Shown in pieces: positions 8,758-17,532 of a stretch of 55,159 bases of DNA. Source of the stretch: Vermiphilus sp. (GTDB lineage Bacteria > Ratteibacteria > UBA8468 > B48-G9 > DTJG01); contig DYKA01000001.1 in NCBI GenBank assembly GCA_020722805.1, positions 1 through 55,159 on the forward strand, written 5' to 3'. Both the position numbers and the translations under genes were made by a program. The notes beneath the pieces were generated by a model that was not told the DNA's origin, did no database searches, and saw nothing but the letters and a program-made list of their open reading frames with translations. The stretch's first letter is position 1. Every line of letters starts with the position of its first letter.

Positions 8758-10064
8758 TTACAGCATTCAAAGATACACTTAAGGTGCCTGATCTGAAGCG
8801 CAAGATACTTGTTGCCATTGCTCTGTTGACCGTTTACAGGTTCGGCTGTTATATCCCTGTTCCCGGAATAAATGGTAGGGCCCTTGCGTCTTTTTTTGAC
8901 AGGATATCCGGGACACTATTCGGAGTTGCCGACCTGTTTGCAGGCGGCGCATTAAGCAATGCCACGATTTTTGCCCTTGGTATTATGCCTTATATCAGTG
9001 TTTCAATTATACTTGAATTGCTTGCTTCAATATTTCCATTTTTTGAACACATGCTGAGAAGCGGGGTTGAGGGAAGAAGAAAACTGACTCAGTGGACAAG
9101 GTACGGAACTGTTATACTCTGTTTGTTTCAGGGACTTGCTGTAAGCATCTGGCTTGAAAACCCCGCACATTTTGATGGTGTGGTTATGGTGAATTCGCCT
9201 GGATGGCTTTTCAGGATAACAACACTGATAACCCTTACTACCGGGACAGTTTTCCTCATGTGGCTTGGAGAGCAGATTACTGAAAAGGGTATTGGAAATG
9301 GAATATCTCTCATCATCACAGCCAGCATTCTTTCAAGAATGCCAACAGCAGTTCATCAGACATCACAGCTTGTCAGCGCTGGAGAACTAAATGCGGGTCT
9401 TATTGTGTTAATGGTGGGTTTGATTTTTGTTGTCGTCGGAGCGTCAATAATGCTGAATGAAGGAGAAAGAAGAATCCCGGTCCAGTATGCGAAAAGGGTT
9501 GTTGGAAGAAGGGTTTACGGCGGACAGACAACCTACCTGCCGATCAAGCTTAATCCAGGGGGGGTCTTACCATTAATATTTGCTGTTTCCTTTTTGACAT
9601 TTCCTTCAACAGTGCTGAGGTTTGCAAACAACCCGTTTCTGCAGAAACTCGCAAATGTTCTTAATCCTGCTGCAGGATGGGGCATGCTTTTATATGCGCT
9701 ATTGATTATTGGTTTCTGCTATTTTTATGCCAGCGTGATTTTTAATCCAGAACATGTCTCGGAGGACCTGAAAAAATACGGCGGTTTTGTTGCTGGAATA
9801 AGACCGGGCAAGGCGACAGGGGACTACCTTGAAAAAACACTCGGTAGATTAACACTTCCAGGGTCTTTGATACTTACCGCAATTGCGATATTTCCATATA
9901 TCATCATGCACATTTTCAAGATACCGTACCTTATAGCAAGTATGTTTGGAGGCATAGGACTTCTTATCGTAGTTTCTGTAATACTTGAGACATTGAGACA
10001 GATTGAGGCGCATCTTATAATGCGGCATTATGAAGGATTTTTGAAGAAGGCGCGGGCGAGATGA
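8754..10064 (+). CDS. secY: Preprotein translocase subunit SecY
   Basis: Ten-TM protein with LGIMPYISVSII, GEQITEKGIGNGISLII and GGVLPLIFA motifs. Start moved to ATG 8754 (ATGA overlap with the rplO stop). Confidence 0.97.
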   Translation: MITAFKDTLKVPDLKRKILVAIALLTVYRFGCYIPVPGINGRALASFFDRISGTLFGVADLFAGGALSNATIFALGIMPYISVSIILELLASIFPFFEHMLRSGVEGRRKLTQWTRYGTVILCLFQGLAVSIWLENPAHFDGVVMVNSPGWLFRITTLITLTTGTVFLMWLGEQITEKGIGNGISLIITASILSRMPTAVHQTSQLVSAGELNAGLIVLMVGLIFVVVGASIMLNEGERRIPVQYAKRVVGRRVYGGQTTYLPIKLNPGGVLPLIFAVSFLTFPSTVLRFANNPFLQKLANVLNPAAGWGMLLYALLIIGFCYFYASVIFNPEHVSEDLKKYGGFVAGIRPGKATGDYLEKTLGRLTLPGSLILTAIAIFPYIIMHIFKIPYLIASMFGGIGLLIVVSVILETLRQIEAHLIMRHYEGFLKKARAR

Positions 10065-10735
10065 GAAGAATTGTTATTTTATTTGGTCCGCCTGGAATTG
10101 GAAAGGGAACAGTAGGAAAAATTTTAAGCGAGAGATGGAAGTTGCCACTTATATCAATGGGAGATCTTTTGAGGGATAATGTAAAAAATTCCACATCCAT
10201 AGGTAAAACCGCAGAAGAGTTTATGAAAAAGGGAGAGCTTGTTCCTGACAGTATCGTATTTGAAGCCCTTAATGATAGAGTTAAGCAGGCCGATGCGTCT
10301 ACAGGATTTCTTATGGATGGATTTCCAAGGAATCTTTCTCAGGCAGAAATGTTTGAGAAAATTGTGAACGAAAAAGATAGTGTTGTATTGCTGAACCTTA
10401 TTGCTCAGGACAGCATACTGATAGAAAGATTGTCCCTGAGGAGGATTTGCAAGAATTGTGGGGCAATTTATCATCTGAAAAATATTCCGCCGAAGAAGCA
10501 GGGTGTATGTGATATATGCGGCGGAGAATTGATACAGAGGGAAGATGACAGGCCAGATGTTATCCTCAGGCGGCTGGAGGTTTTCAGAAACGAAACCAAC
10601 CCTTTGATTAACTATTATCAGGGCAGGCACAGGGTAATGGCTGTTTCTGCTGGTGATAATCCCGACAATATACTGAAGAGGATTGAGGAACTTAAACTGT
10701 GGGAACAAAAAGACCCGACGAAATTGAAAAAATAA
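10061..10735 (+). CDS. adk: Adenylate kinase with zinc-binding LID
   Basis: P-loop GPPGIGKGT, DGFPRN motif, and LID CKNC...CDIC. Confidence 0.96.
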   Translation: MRRIVILFGPPGIGKGTVGKILSERWKLPLISMGDLLRDNVKNSTSIGKTAEEFMKKGELVPDSIVFEALNDRVKQADASTGFLMDGFPRNLSQAEMFEKIVNEKDSVVLLNLIAQDSILIERLSLRRICKNCGAIYHLKNIPPKKQGVCDICGGELIQREDDRPDVILRRLEVFRNETNPLINYYQGRHRVMAVSAGDNPDNILKRIEELKLWEQKDPTKLKK

Positions 10736-11448
10736 GAAGTGCCTGCAGAATTTGCAAGAAAATTTTGATTGAAATATCAGGCCTGTTGAAAGATGGTCTG
10801 ACAACATTTGATATTTCAGAGTTTGCAGAAAGTTTGATGGAAAAAGAAGGCGTAAAGAGTGCGTTCCTTAACTATAGAGGGTATCCCGGTATTATATGTA
10901 TTTCAATTAATGAAGAGGTGGTTCACGGGATTCCTTCAAAGAACAAATATATTAAGAAGGGAGATCTGGTTTCTATTGACGTCGGGGTTGTAAAAGACGG
11001 CTATATAGGCGATTGCGCTCTAACGAAGGCAATCAGTCCGGTCAGCGCAGAACTCAGAAAACTAATAGATGTAACTGAGGAATCTTTGAGGCGCGGGATA
11101 TCAAAGGTTAAGGACGGATGTCGGACAGGAGACATTGGCTGGGAAATACAGACATTTGTTGAAAAACACAATTTTAGTGTTGTTCGTGATTTTGCTGGAC
11201 ACGGTGTTGGTAAAAGTCTCCATGAGGAACCGGATATTCCAAATTTCGGAACGCCGAACACCGGGTTCAGACTGAAAGAGAATATGGTAATAGCGATTGA
11301 ACCGATGATTAATCTGGGTGGGTCTGAGGTAAAGATTCTGTCTGACGGCTGGACTGTTATAACAGCAGATGGTCTACCGTCGGCCCACTTTGAGGACACA
11401 GTGCTTGTTAAAAAGGATGGGTTTGAGATTCTTACGAGTGTCGACTGA
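10699..11448 (+). CDS. map: Methionine aminopeptidase, type I
   Basis: [23 protein letters not shown] and AIEPM metal-ligand motifs. GTG start overlaps adk by 37 nt. Confidence 0.95.
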   Translation: MGTKRPDEIEKIRSACRICKKILIEISGLLKDGLTTFDISEFAESLMEKEGVKSAFLNYRGYPGIICISINEEVVHGIPSKNKYIKKGDLVSIDVGVVKDGYIGDCALTKAISPVSAELRKLIDVTEESLRRGISKVKDGCRTGDIGWEIQTFVEKHNFSVVRDFAGHGVGKSLHEEPDIPNFGTPNTGFRLKENMVIAIEPMINLGGSEVKILSDGWTVITADGLPSAHFEDTVLVKKDGFEILTSVD

Positions 11449-11666
11449 TGGATAAAAAAACAGATAAGCTTGTTCTTACCGGCACGATAAACAAGACATT
11501 GCCGGGTACAAGTTTTATTGTTGACCTTGAGAATGGTATGAAGATAACCGCCCACCTGTGCGGTAAGATGCGACTTCATTATATCAAGATTATCCCGGGT
11601 GATAAGGTGATTGTGGAAATTTCGCCGTATGACATAACACGGGGAAGAATTATTAAACGATTATAG
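11448..11666 (+). CDS. infA: Translation initiation factor IF-1
   Basis: 72 aa with G.I...LPGTSF.V.LENG..ITAHL.GKMR..YI+I.PGDKV.VE.SPYD motif. Confidence 0.96.
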   Translation: MDKKTDKLVLTGTINKTLPGTSFIVDLENGMKITAHLCGKMRLHYIKIIPGDKVIVEISPYDITRGRIIKRL

Positions 11667-11674
11667 GAGGCAGT

Positions 11675-11800
11675 ATGAAGGTTCGTGGGTCAATAAGAAA
11701 AATTTGTCCGCAGTGCAGGATAATAAAGAGAAAAGGTACAGTTATGGTAATCTGCAAGAATCCTCAGGATGGACCAAAACACAAACAGAAACAGGGATGA
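11675..11800 (+). CDS. rpmJ: 50S ribosomal protein L36 (absent from the ORF track because it is under 60 aa)
   Basis: My own translation gives [41 protein letters not shown]-stop. AGGAGG (11665-11670) lies 4 nt upstream. Canonical infA-rpmJ-rpsM position. Confidence 0.92.
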   Translation: MKVRGSIRKICPQCRIIKRKGTVMVICKNPQDGPKHKQKQG

Positions 11801-11812
11801 GGAGGTTCAATA

Positions 11813-12226
11813 ATGGCGCGTATTCTTGGTGTTGAGATTCCAAATGAAAAAAAGGTTCTTGTTGGGTTGACCTATATCTATGGAATTGGAAGGTCAATTG
11901 CAGAGAGAATTCTCAGGGCAACAGGGATAAATCCTGGCAAGAGAATTAAAGAACTCACAGAGGAGGAAATTGGTAAAATCTCTGGCTTTGTTCAGCAAAA
12001 TTTCAAGATAGAAGGAGACCTGAGAAGGGAAATCAGCAGCAATATCAGTCGTCTGAGTGATATCAACTGCTACAGAGGTATGAGACACAGACGTTCCCTG
12101 CCTGTCAGAGGGCAAAGAACAAGAACAAATGCAAGGACCCGAAAAGGTCCGCGCAAAACAGTTGGTGTGGTAAGAGATAAGGCAGCGAGGAAAGCAATAA
12201 AATCAGGTCGGGAAGAGGAAAAATAA
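11813..12226 (+). CDS. rpsM: 30S ribosomal protein S13
   Basis: [23 protein letters not shown] start and [23 protein letters not shown] motif. Confidence 0.97.
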   Translation: MARILGVEIPNEKKVLVGLTYIYGIGRSIAERILRATGINPGKRIKELTEEEIGKISGFVQQNFKIEGDLRREISSNISRLSDINCYRGMRHRRSLPVRGQRTRTNARTRKGPRKTVGVVRDKAARKAIKSGREEEK

Positions 12227-12245
12227 CACGATATAGGGAGCAAAA

Positions 12246-12647
12246 ATGGCAGAGAAGGAAAAAAGGAAGTACACAAAGAAAAAGAAAAAACATATTTCAA
12301 TACCGAGGGGGGTCGCGCATGTCAATGCAAGTTTTAACAATACCACGATAACCATTACTGATCCTGAGGGAAGGGTTGTGGCATGGTCAAGCGCCGGTGT
12401 TGTTGGTTTCAAGGGAACAAGAAAAGGCACCCCTTTTGCAGCACAATTGATTGCTGAAAATGTTGCCAGAAAGGTTCAGAATCTTGTTAATATGAGGGAA
12501 GTTGAAGTAAAGGTTAAGGGTCCTGGTCCGGGTCGTGAAACAGCGATAAGAGCACTTCAAACAGCCGGATTAAACATAACTGCAATCAGAGATGTAACAC
12601 CGATTCCACATAATGGTTGCAGACCTCCAAAGCGAAGAAAAGTATAA
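12246..12647 (+). CDS. rpsK: 30S ribosomal protein S11
   Basis: [34 protein letters not shown] and [16 protein letters not shown] motifs. Confidence 0.97.
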   Translation: MAEKEKRKYTKKKKKHISIPRGVAHVNASFNNTTITITDPEGRVVAWSSAGVVGFKGTRKGTPFAAQLIAENVARKVQNLVNMREVEVKVKGPGPGRETAIRALQTAGLNITAIRDVTPIPHNGCRPPKRRKV

Positions 12648-12658
12648 AAGGAGTTTAC

Positions 12659-13276
12659 ATGGCAAGAGTTACCAAACCTGTATGTTTAGTATGCAGAAGA
12701 AATGCAGAGAAGTTGTATCTGAAAGGCAGAAGGTGCGAAAGTGATAGATGTCCTCTTGATCCGAGAAAACAGCGGAAGGCCGCAACCTTACCGAAAACAT
12801 CTGAATACGGGACACAGATGCGCGAAAAAAACAAGGTGAAGATATACTACGGAGTTTTTGAAAAACAGTTCCGTCGCTATTTTGCGCTGGCCAAGAAGGC
12901 AAGAGGAGTAACAGGAGAAGTACTCTTGCGTCTTCTTGAGTGTCGTTTTGACAATGTCGTGTATAAGTTAAACTGGGCCTTTTCCCGCAGAATGGCAAGA
13001 CAGGCAATCGTACACGGTCATATATTTGTTAATGGCAGGAGAGTAAATCGGCCTTCATATCAGGTGAAAGTTGGTGATGAAATCAGCGTTGGTGAAAACT
13101 CCCGGTACTCTGAACTGGCAAAGCAGGCCCTTGAGAGTGGAAGGGCAGTGCCTTTGCCTGCATGGCTTGAATCTTCAGATAAACAGTTAAAAGCAAAGGT
13201 TGTTAGATTTCCGACAAGAGATGAGATAAGCATTCCTGTTGACGAAAATCTCATAGTCAACTTCTATTCAAAGTGA
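12659..13276 (+). CDS. rpsD: 30S ribosomal protein S4 (zinc-finger form)
   Basis: MARVTKPVCLVCRR...C.SDRC N-terminus, then an S4 RNA-binding domain (RLD..V+++......R.ARQ.I.HGHI.VNG). Start moved to ATG 12659. Confidence 0.96.
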   Translation: MARVTKPVCLVCRRNAEKLYLKGRRCESDRCPLDPRKQRKAATLPKTSEYGTQMREKNKVKIYYGVFEKQFRRYFALAKKARGVTGEVLLRLLECRFDNVVYKLNWAFSRRMARQAIVHGHIFVNGRRVNRPSYQVKVGDEISVGENSRYSELAKQALESGRAVPLPAWLESSDKQLKAKVVRFPTRDEISIPVDENLIVNFYSK

Positions 13277-13286
13277 GGTGGAATCT

Positions 13287-14264
13287 ATGGAAGAAAAAGG
13301 TATTGATTTTTTGTTACCGTCAAGGATAATGTGGGAAAAGGAAACATACAGGTCAAATTACGGAAAACTGGTTGTGGAACCGCTTGAAAGAGGTTTTGGC
13401 ACAACCATTGGCAATTCCTTGAGAAGGGTACTTCTTTCCTGCATTCCTGGGGTCGCAATAACAGGTGTCAAAATTTCAGGTGTTCATCATGAATTTTCAA
13501 CAATCCCGGGTGTGAAAGAAGATGTTACCCAGATTGTTCTGAACCTGAAACAGATTATATGTAAACCAGTGATTTCTGAATTTCCACACAGGTGCTCTGT
13601 AACAATTTCCGGTATTTCTGAAATATGTGCCAGGCACCTGATAACCGATGGAAGCGTTGAAATTTTGAACGGAGATCTTCACATTGCTACAATTGACCCG
13701 GGAGAAAAACTTGTGATTGATCTTGAAATCACATCAGGAAGGGGATATGTCCCGGTTGAAAAGGCAAAACTTGTTAAGAAGGATATTCCTGTTGATATGA
13801 TACTTATTGATGGCATTTACACCCCGGTAAAAAAGGTTGCTTTCCATGTTGAAAATACAAGGCTGGGGCAGCTTGTTGATTATGAGAAGCTCCTTATTGA
13901 TATCTGGACGAATGGTGCTATTACACCGCATGAGGCAGTGGAAAAGGCAACAGATATCCTCAACAGCCACTTCACAAAAATCAAACTTGAGCAATCAATA
14001 GGAGAAAAATCAGAAACTGAATCAATAAAACATAGACCTGATGATCTTGATATTCCTATCACAGACCTGAATCTTTCAACAAGGATTGTTAATACTCTCA
14101 AGCTACACAACATCCATCTGCTTAGAGATCTGCTTGAGACGCCAAGAGAAAAATTCAGTGAAATGAAAAATCTCGGGAAAAAGTCAATGCAGGAAATTGA
14201 AGAGGTTCTTGAAAAACAGGGCTACAGGTTGAAAAAGGATTTATCTGACACGGAGCGGTCATGA
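13287..14264 (+). CDS. rpoA: DNA-directed RNA polymerase subunit alpha
   Basis: GFGTTIGNSLRRVLLS and GV.HEFSTIPGV.EDV motifs. The C-terminal domain has LNLSTR..N.LK...I....DL. ATG 13287 lies 5 nt after GAGGTGG; GTG 13278 is an alternative start. Confidence 0.96.
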   Translation: MEEKGIDFLLPSRIMWEKETYRSNYGKLVVEPLERGFGTTIGNSLRRVLLSCIPGVAITGVKISGVHHEFSTIPGVKEDVTQIVLNLKQIICKPVISEFPHRCSVTISGISEICARHLITDGSVEILNGDLHIATIDPGEKLVIDLEITSGRGYVPVEKAKLVKKDIPVDMILIDGIYTPVKKVAFHVENTRLGQLVDYEKLLIDIWTNGAITPHEAVEKATDILNSHFTKIKLEQSIGEKSETESIKHRPDDLDIPITDLNLSTRIVNTLKLHNIHLLRDLLETPREKFSEMKNLGKKSMQEIEEVLEKQGYRLKKDLSDTERS

Positions 14265-14611
14265 GGCATAAGAAAGATATTCGTAAGCTGAGTCGGAATA
14301 AATCTCACCGCAGGAGTTTGTTGAGGAACATGGCCATTAGTTTCCTTCAGCACAAGAAGATTATAACAACCCAGGCAAAGGCAAAGCAACTGAAGCGTGT
14401 GCTGGAAAGATTGATTACCGCAGGTAAAACAAAGAGCCCTGCAAACACCAGAAGAATTAATGCCTATCTCAATCATTCTTCAAGCACAGCCATTGTGATG
14501 GAACTCGGTCAGAAGTTCAAGGAGAGAAGGGGCGGTTATATAAGAATCATAAAGTTGAACCGTCGCTGTGGAGATGCAAGCAAGATGGCAATGATTCAAA
14601 TGGTGGAGTGA
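14261..14611 (+). CDS. rplQ: 50S ribosomal protein L17
   Basis: MRHKKDIRKLSRNKSHRRSLLRNM start, TT..KAK.L+ and GGY.RI.KL..R.GD motifs. Confidence 0.95.
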   Translation: MRHKKDIRKLSRNKSHRRSLLRNMAISFLQHKKIITTQAKAKQLKRVLERLITAGKTKSPANTRRINAYLNHSSSTAIVMELGQKFKERRGGYIRIIKLNRRCGDASKMAMIQMVE

Positions 14612-14615
14612 GATA

Positions 14616-14807
14616 ATGAAAAAGTCATTGGAGATTCTTGACAGAATTGATAAAAAAGAGAATATCTATCAAATAATACTGAAGTTTGCTGATAAAGCTC
14701 ACAGAATTCTCACAAATAGCACTTTGTCAGGATCTGATGATGTGCATGATATTTTGAGTGCTGTATTGAAAGAAACGGAAGAGGGAAAAAAGGATGATGA
14801 ACATTGA
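14616..14807 (+). CDS. Small acidic protein, possible divergent RNA polymerase omega subunit
   Basis: 63 aa. NIYQIILKFADKAHRI aligns by eye to the omega core N-R-F-x-L-V-L-x-A-A-[KR]-R-A-R-Q. VLKETEEG resembles omega's ALREIEEG. It follows rpoA-rplQ and overlaps pilT by 14 nt. Confidence 0.4.
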   Translation: MKKSLEILDRIDKKENIYQIILKFADKAHRILTNSTLSGSDDVHDILSAVLKETEEGKKDDEH

Positions 14808-15894
14808 AAGATTACTCAAGAAAATGGCAGAACTTGATGCTTCTGACCTTCATCTCAAGATTGGAAGAAAACCATTTGTGAGAATAAAGACAACCCTGAA
14901 AGAAATGTCTGATGAAGAAGTCCTGACTCAAAAGGACATTGAAGAATATGCTTTAAGTATTATGAATGATAACCAGAAACAGTTCTTCTATAAACAGATG
15001 GAGATGGATCTTGCGACAGAAAATCCAGAGACAGGTAGGTTCAGAGTAAATATATTCAAGCAGAGAGGTAATGTTGGTATTGTAATGAGGAGAATAAAGT
15101 CAGTAATTCCCTCGTTTGAGGAACTCGGACTGCCTCCGGCACTTTCAAAAATTTCTGGCTTCCCGACCGGTCTTATTCTTGTTGCGGGTCCCACTGGCTG
15201 TGGAAAGTCAACAACACTTGCTGCCATGATTGAACACATCAATCAAAGCAGGGAGGCACTGCACATAATAACGATAGAGGACCCAATAGAGTTCGTATAC
15301 ACTGACAAAAACTGCATCATTAATCAGCGAGAGGTTGGTCTTGATACTCTTTCATTTCATAACGCGTTGAAAAGGATACTTCGTGAAGACCCTGATATCA
15401 TCCTGATAGGCGAATTGAGAGACCCTGAAACATTTGAGGCTGCAATAAGGGCCTGTGAAACAGGACATCTTGTTTTCAGCACACTCCATACGGTTGATAC
15501 ACTGACAACCATAAATAGAATTCTTGATTTCTTTCCTCAATCACAGCATGATATGGTCAGAAAGATTCTTGCCTACAATCTCAGGGCGACCTGCTGTCAG
15601 AAACTTCTTCCGAGGAAGGACGGCACAGGTATGCTTCCTGCCTGCGAGATAATGATAGTAACTCCGATTATTTCAAGGTTAATCATGGAAAATAAACTTG
15701 GCAAAATTCCGAGTGCAATCTCTGCTGATAAAGAAACAGGGATGCAAACATTCAACCAGCATCTTGTCAGGTTGATTAATGAGGATAAAATAACCAGAGA
15801 AACAGGATTTGAAGCATCACCTGCACCTCATGCTCTTGAGATGAATCTGAGGGGTATATACCTGGACGAAGATACCAGAATAATAGGTGATTAA
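14794..15894 (+). CDS. pilT: PilT-family type IV pilus retraction (twitching motility) ATPase
   Basis: ASDLHL N-terminus, Walker A GPTGCGKSTT, Asp box IITIEDPIEF, Walker B DPDIILIGELRD and His box TGHLVFSTLHT. Confidence 0.85.
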   Translation: MMNIERLLKKMAELDASDLHLKIGRKPFVRIKTTLKEMSDEEVLTQKDIEEYALSIMNDNQKQFFYKQMEMDLATENPETGRFRVNIFKQRGNVGIVMRRIKSVIPSFEELGLPPALSKISGFPTGLILVAGPTGCGKSTTLAAMIEHINQSREALHIITIEDPIEFVYTDKNCIINQREVGLDTLSFHNALKRILREDPDIILIGELRDPETFEAAIRACETGHLVFSTLHTVDTLTTINRILDFFPQSQHDMVRKILAYNLRATCCQKLLPRKDGTGMLPACEIMIVTPIISRLIMENKLGKIPSAISADKETGMQTFNQHLVRLINEDKITRETGFEASPAPHALEMNLRGIYLDEDTRIIGD

Positions 15895-15920
15895 GAGAGC
15901 AATGGAATTTGAGTTCTGAT

Positions 15921-17177
15921 ATGAAAATCCTTGTAATAGGAAGCGGTGGCAGGGAACACGCGATATGCTGGAAGATTGCTTCGGAAATCAGTTCAGGCAC
16001 AATCTATGCCCTCCCCGGCAACGGTGGTATAGGTGAAATAGCAAATTTTGTAAACATACCTATTGAAAACCATCAGGAAATCGCTTCATTTGTCAAGAGA
16101 GAAAAAATAGACCTCACCATTGTGGGTCCAGAAGTCCCGCTGGCAGGTGGGATGGTTGATGTATTTCATAAGAAAAAGTTGAAAATATTCGGACCAAATA
16201 AGAAGGCGGCTGCCCTTGAATCTTCGAAGATATGGGCAAAAGAGTTTATGATGGAAAATGAAATTCCAACAGCAGGATTTTTTGTTGCTGATGATTTTAA
16301 CAGCGCAAAGGTGATTGTTGAAAAGGTGCAGTTTCCTGTTGTGATCAAGTTTGATGGGTTGGCCGCAGGCAAGGGAGTGAAGGTTGTGGGCAATTTCAAA
16401 GAAGCCGTGGATTTTCTTGAGGATGTCTTTGAAAAACATTTATTTTCGCAAACAGGCAACAGAATTGTTGTTGAGGAATTTCTTTCAGGCAAGGAACTGT
16501 CATATATTGTCATCACTGATGGAGAAAGGTTTATTCCTCTTGTACCTGCAAAAGATTATAAAAAGATTTACGAAAATGATGCAGGTCCAAACACAGGAGG
16601 GATGGGTTGTTATAGTCCTGTACCGTTTTGTTCCTCAGAACTTGAAAGGTTGATAGAGAAAAGGATTGTTGTTCCGACAATAAAAGGGTTACAGAAAAAA
16701 TCCATTGATTACTGCGGAGTTCTTTACTTTGGTTTGATGATAACACAGCAGGGGCCCAGGGTTCTTGAGTATAATGTGAGGTTTGGAGATCCTGAAACTG
16801 AGGTTATTCTGCCAAGAATGGAAAGCAGTCTGCTTGAAATAATAGAATCAGCAATTGAAGGCAGACTTGAAGATGCTTCGGTCAGGTGGAAACAGGAATC
16901 AACAGTTGATGTGGTGATTGCATCAGGAGGGTATCCCGGAAAGTATGATACAGGATTACCAGTAGATGTTGACCCCTTGCCTGAAGGTGTTATGATTTTC
17001 CACGCCGGGACAAAAAAACAGTTTGACAGATTTGTGACTGCTGGTGGAAGAGTTTTGAACATCGTCGGGTTTGGCAAAACCCTTAGGGAAGCAAGGGAAA
17101 AGGCGTACGAAGGTGTTGCCAGAATTCATTTTAATGGCATGTATTTCAGAAGGGATATTGCCCAATCAATTTGTTGA
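15921..17177 (+). CDS. purD: Phosphoribosylamine-glycine ligase
   Basis: MKILVIGSGGREHAI start, ATP-grasp region, and GPNTGGMG and VLEYNVRFGDPE motifs. Start moved to ATG 15921. Confidence 0.95.
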   Translation: MKILVIGSGGREHAICWKIASEISSGTIYALPGNGGIGEIANFVNIPIENHQEIASFVKREKIDLTIVGPEVPLAGGMVDVFHKKKLKIFGPNKKAAALESSKIWAKEFMMENEIPTAGFFVADDFNSAKVIVEKVQFPVVIKFDGLAAGKGVKVVGNFKEAVDFLEDVFEKHLFSQTGNRIVVEEFLSGKELSYIVITDGERFIPLVPAKDYKKIYENDAGPNTGGMGCYSPVPFCSSELERLIEKRIVVPTIKGLQKKSIDYCGVLYFGLMITQQGPRVLEYNVRFGDPETEVILPRMESSLLEIIESAIEGRLEDASVRWKQESTVDVVIASGGYPGKYDTGLPVDVDPLPEGVMIFHAGTKKQFDRFVTAGGRVLNIVGFGKTLREAREKAYEGVARIHFNGMYFRRDIAQSIC

Positions 17178-17202
17178 CACAGGACGCAAAAAAATATATA
17201 CT
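17174..17202 (+). promoter_or_regulatory. Candidate sigma-70 promoter for rpsO-pnp (TTGACA-17 nt-TATACT)
   Basis: TTGACA at 17174-17179 (overlapping the purD stop), an exact 17-nt spacer, then TATACT at 17197-17202. It lies about 60 nt upstream of the rpsO ATG. Confidence 0.45.
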
Positions 17203-17263
17203 AAACTCAGGAATAATATGAAAATTTTGACAGGATTATCCAGGAAAAGAAGGAGAAAAGAAA

Positions 17264-17530
17264 ATGTTAGAAAAGGCAGTAAAGGAAAAGTTGAAACAGG
17301 ATTTTGGAAGGCACCCGGATGACACAGGGTCTCCAGAAGTACAGATAGCATTGCTGACCAAGAGGATTGAAGCACTCGTGGAACATTTCAAACAATCCCC
17401 GAAGGACTTCAACTCAAGACGCGGTCTTTTGAAACTGATAGGCCGAAGGAGACGACTTCTAAAGTATCTTCAGACGAAAAATTTTACGGCTTACCAGACC
17501 CTTATAGAAAAACTGAATCTTAGAAAATAA
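17264..17530 (+). CDS. rpsO: 30S ribosomal protein S15
   Basis: 88 aa with [20 protein letters not shown] and [19 protein letters not shown] motifs. Confidence 0.96.
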   Translation: MLEKAVKEKLKQDFGRHPDDTGSPEVQIALLTKRIEALVEHFKQSPKDFNSRRGLLKLIGRRRRLLKYLQTKNFTAYQTLIEKLNLRK

Positions 17531-17532
17531 CA

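Noticed and set aside
17219-17322. 34-codon ORF ([17 protein letters not shown]...) in the rpsO leader that overlaps the rpsO start, considered as a leader peptide.
   Set aside because: It has no SD. It is a run of basic residues that comes from the purine-rich SD region of rpsO read in another frame, and nothing suggests attenuation structures.
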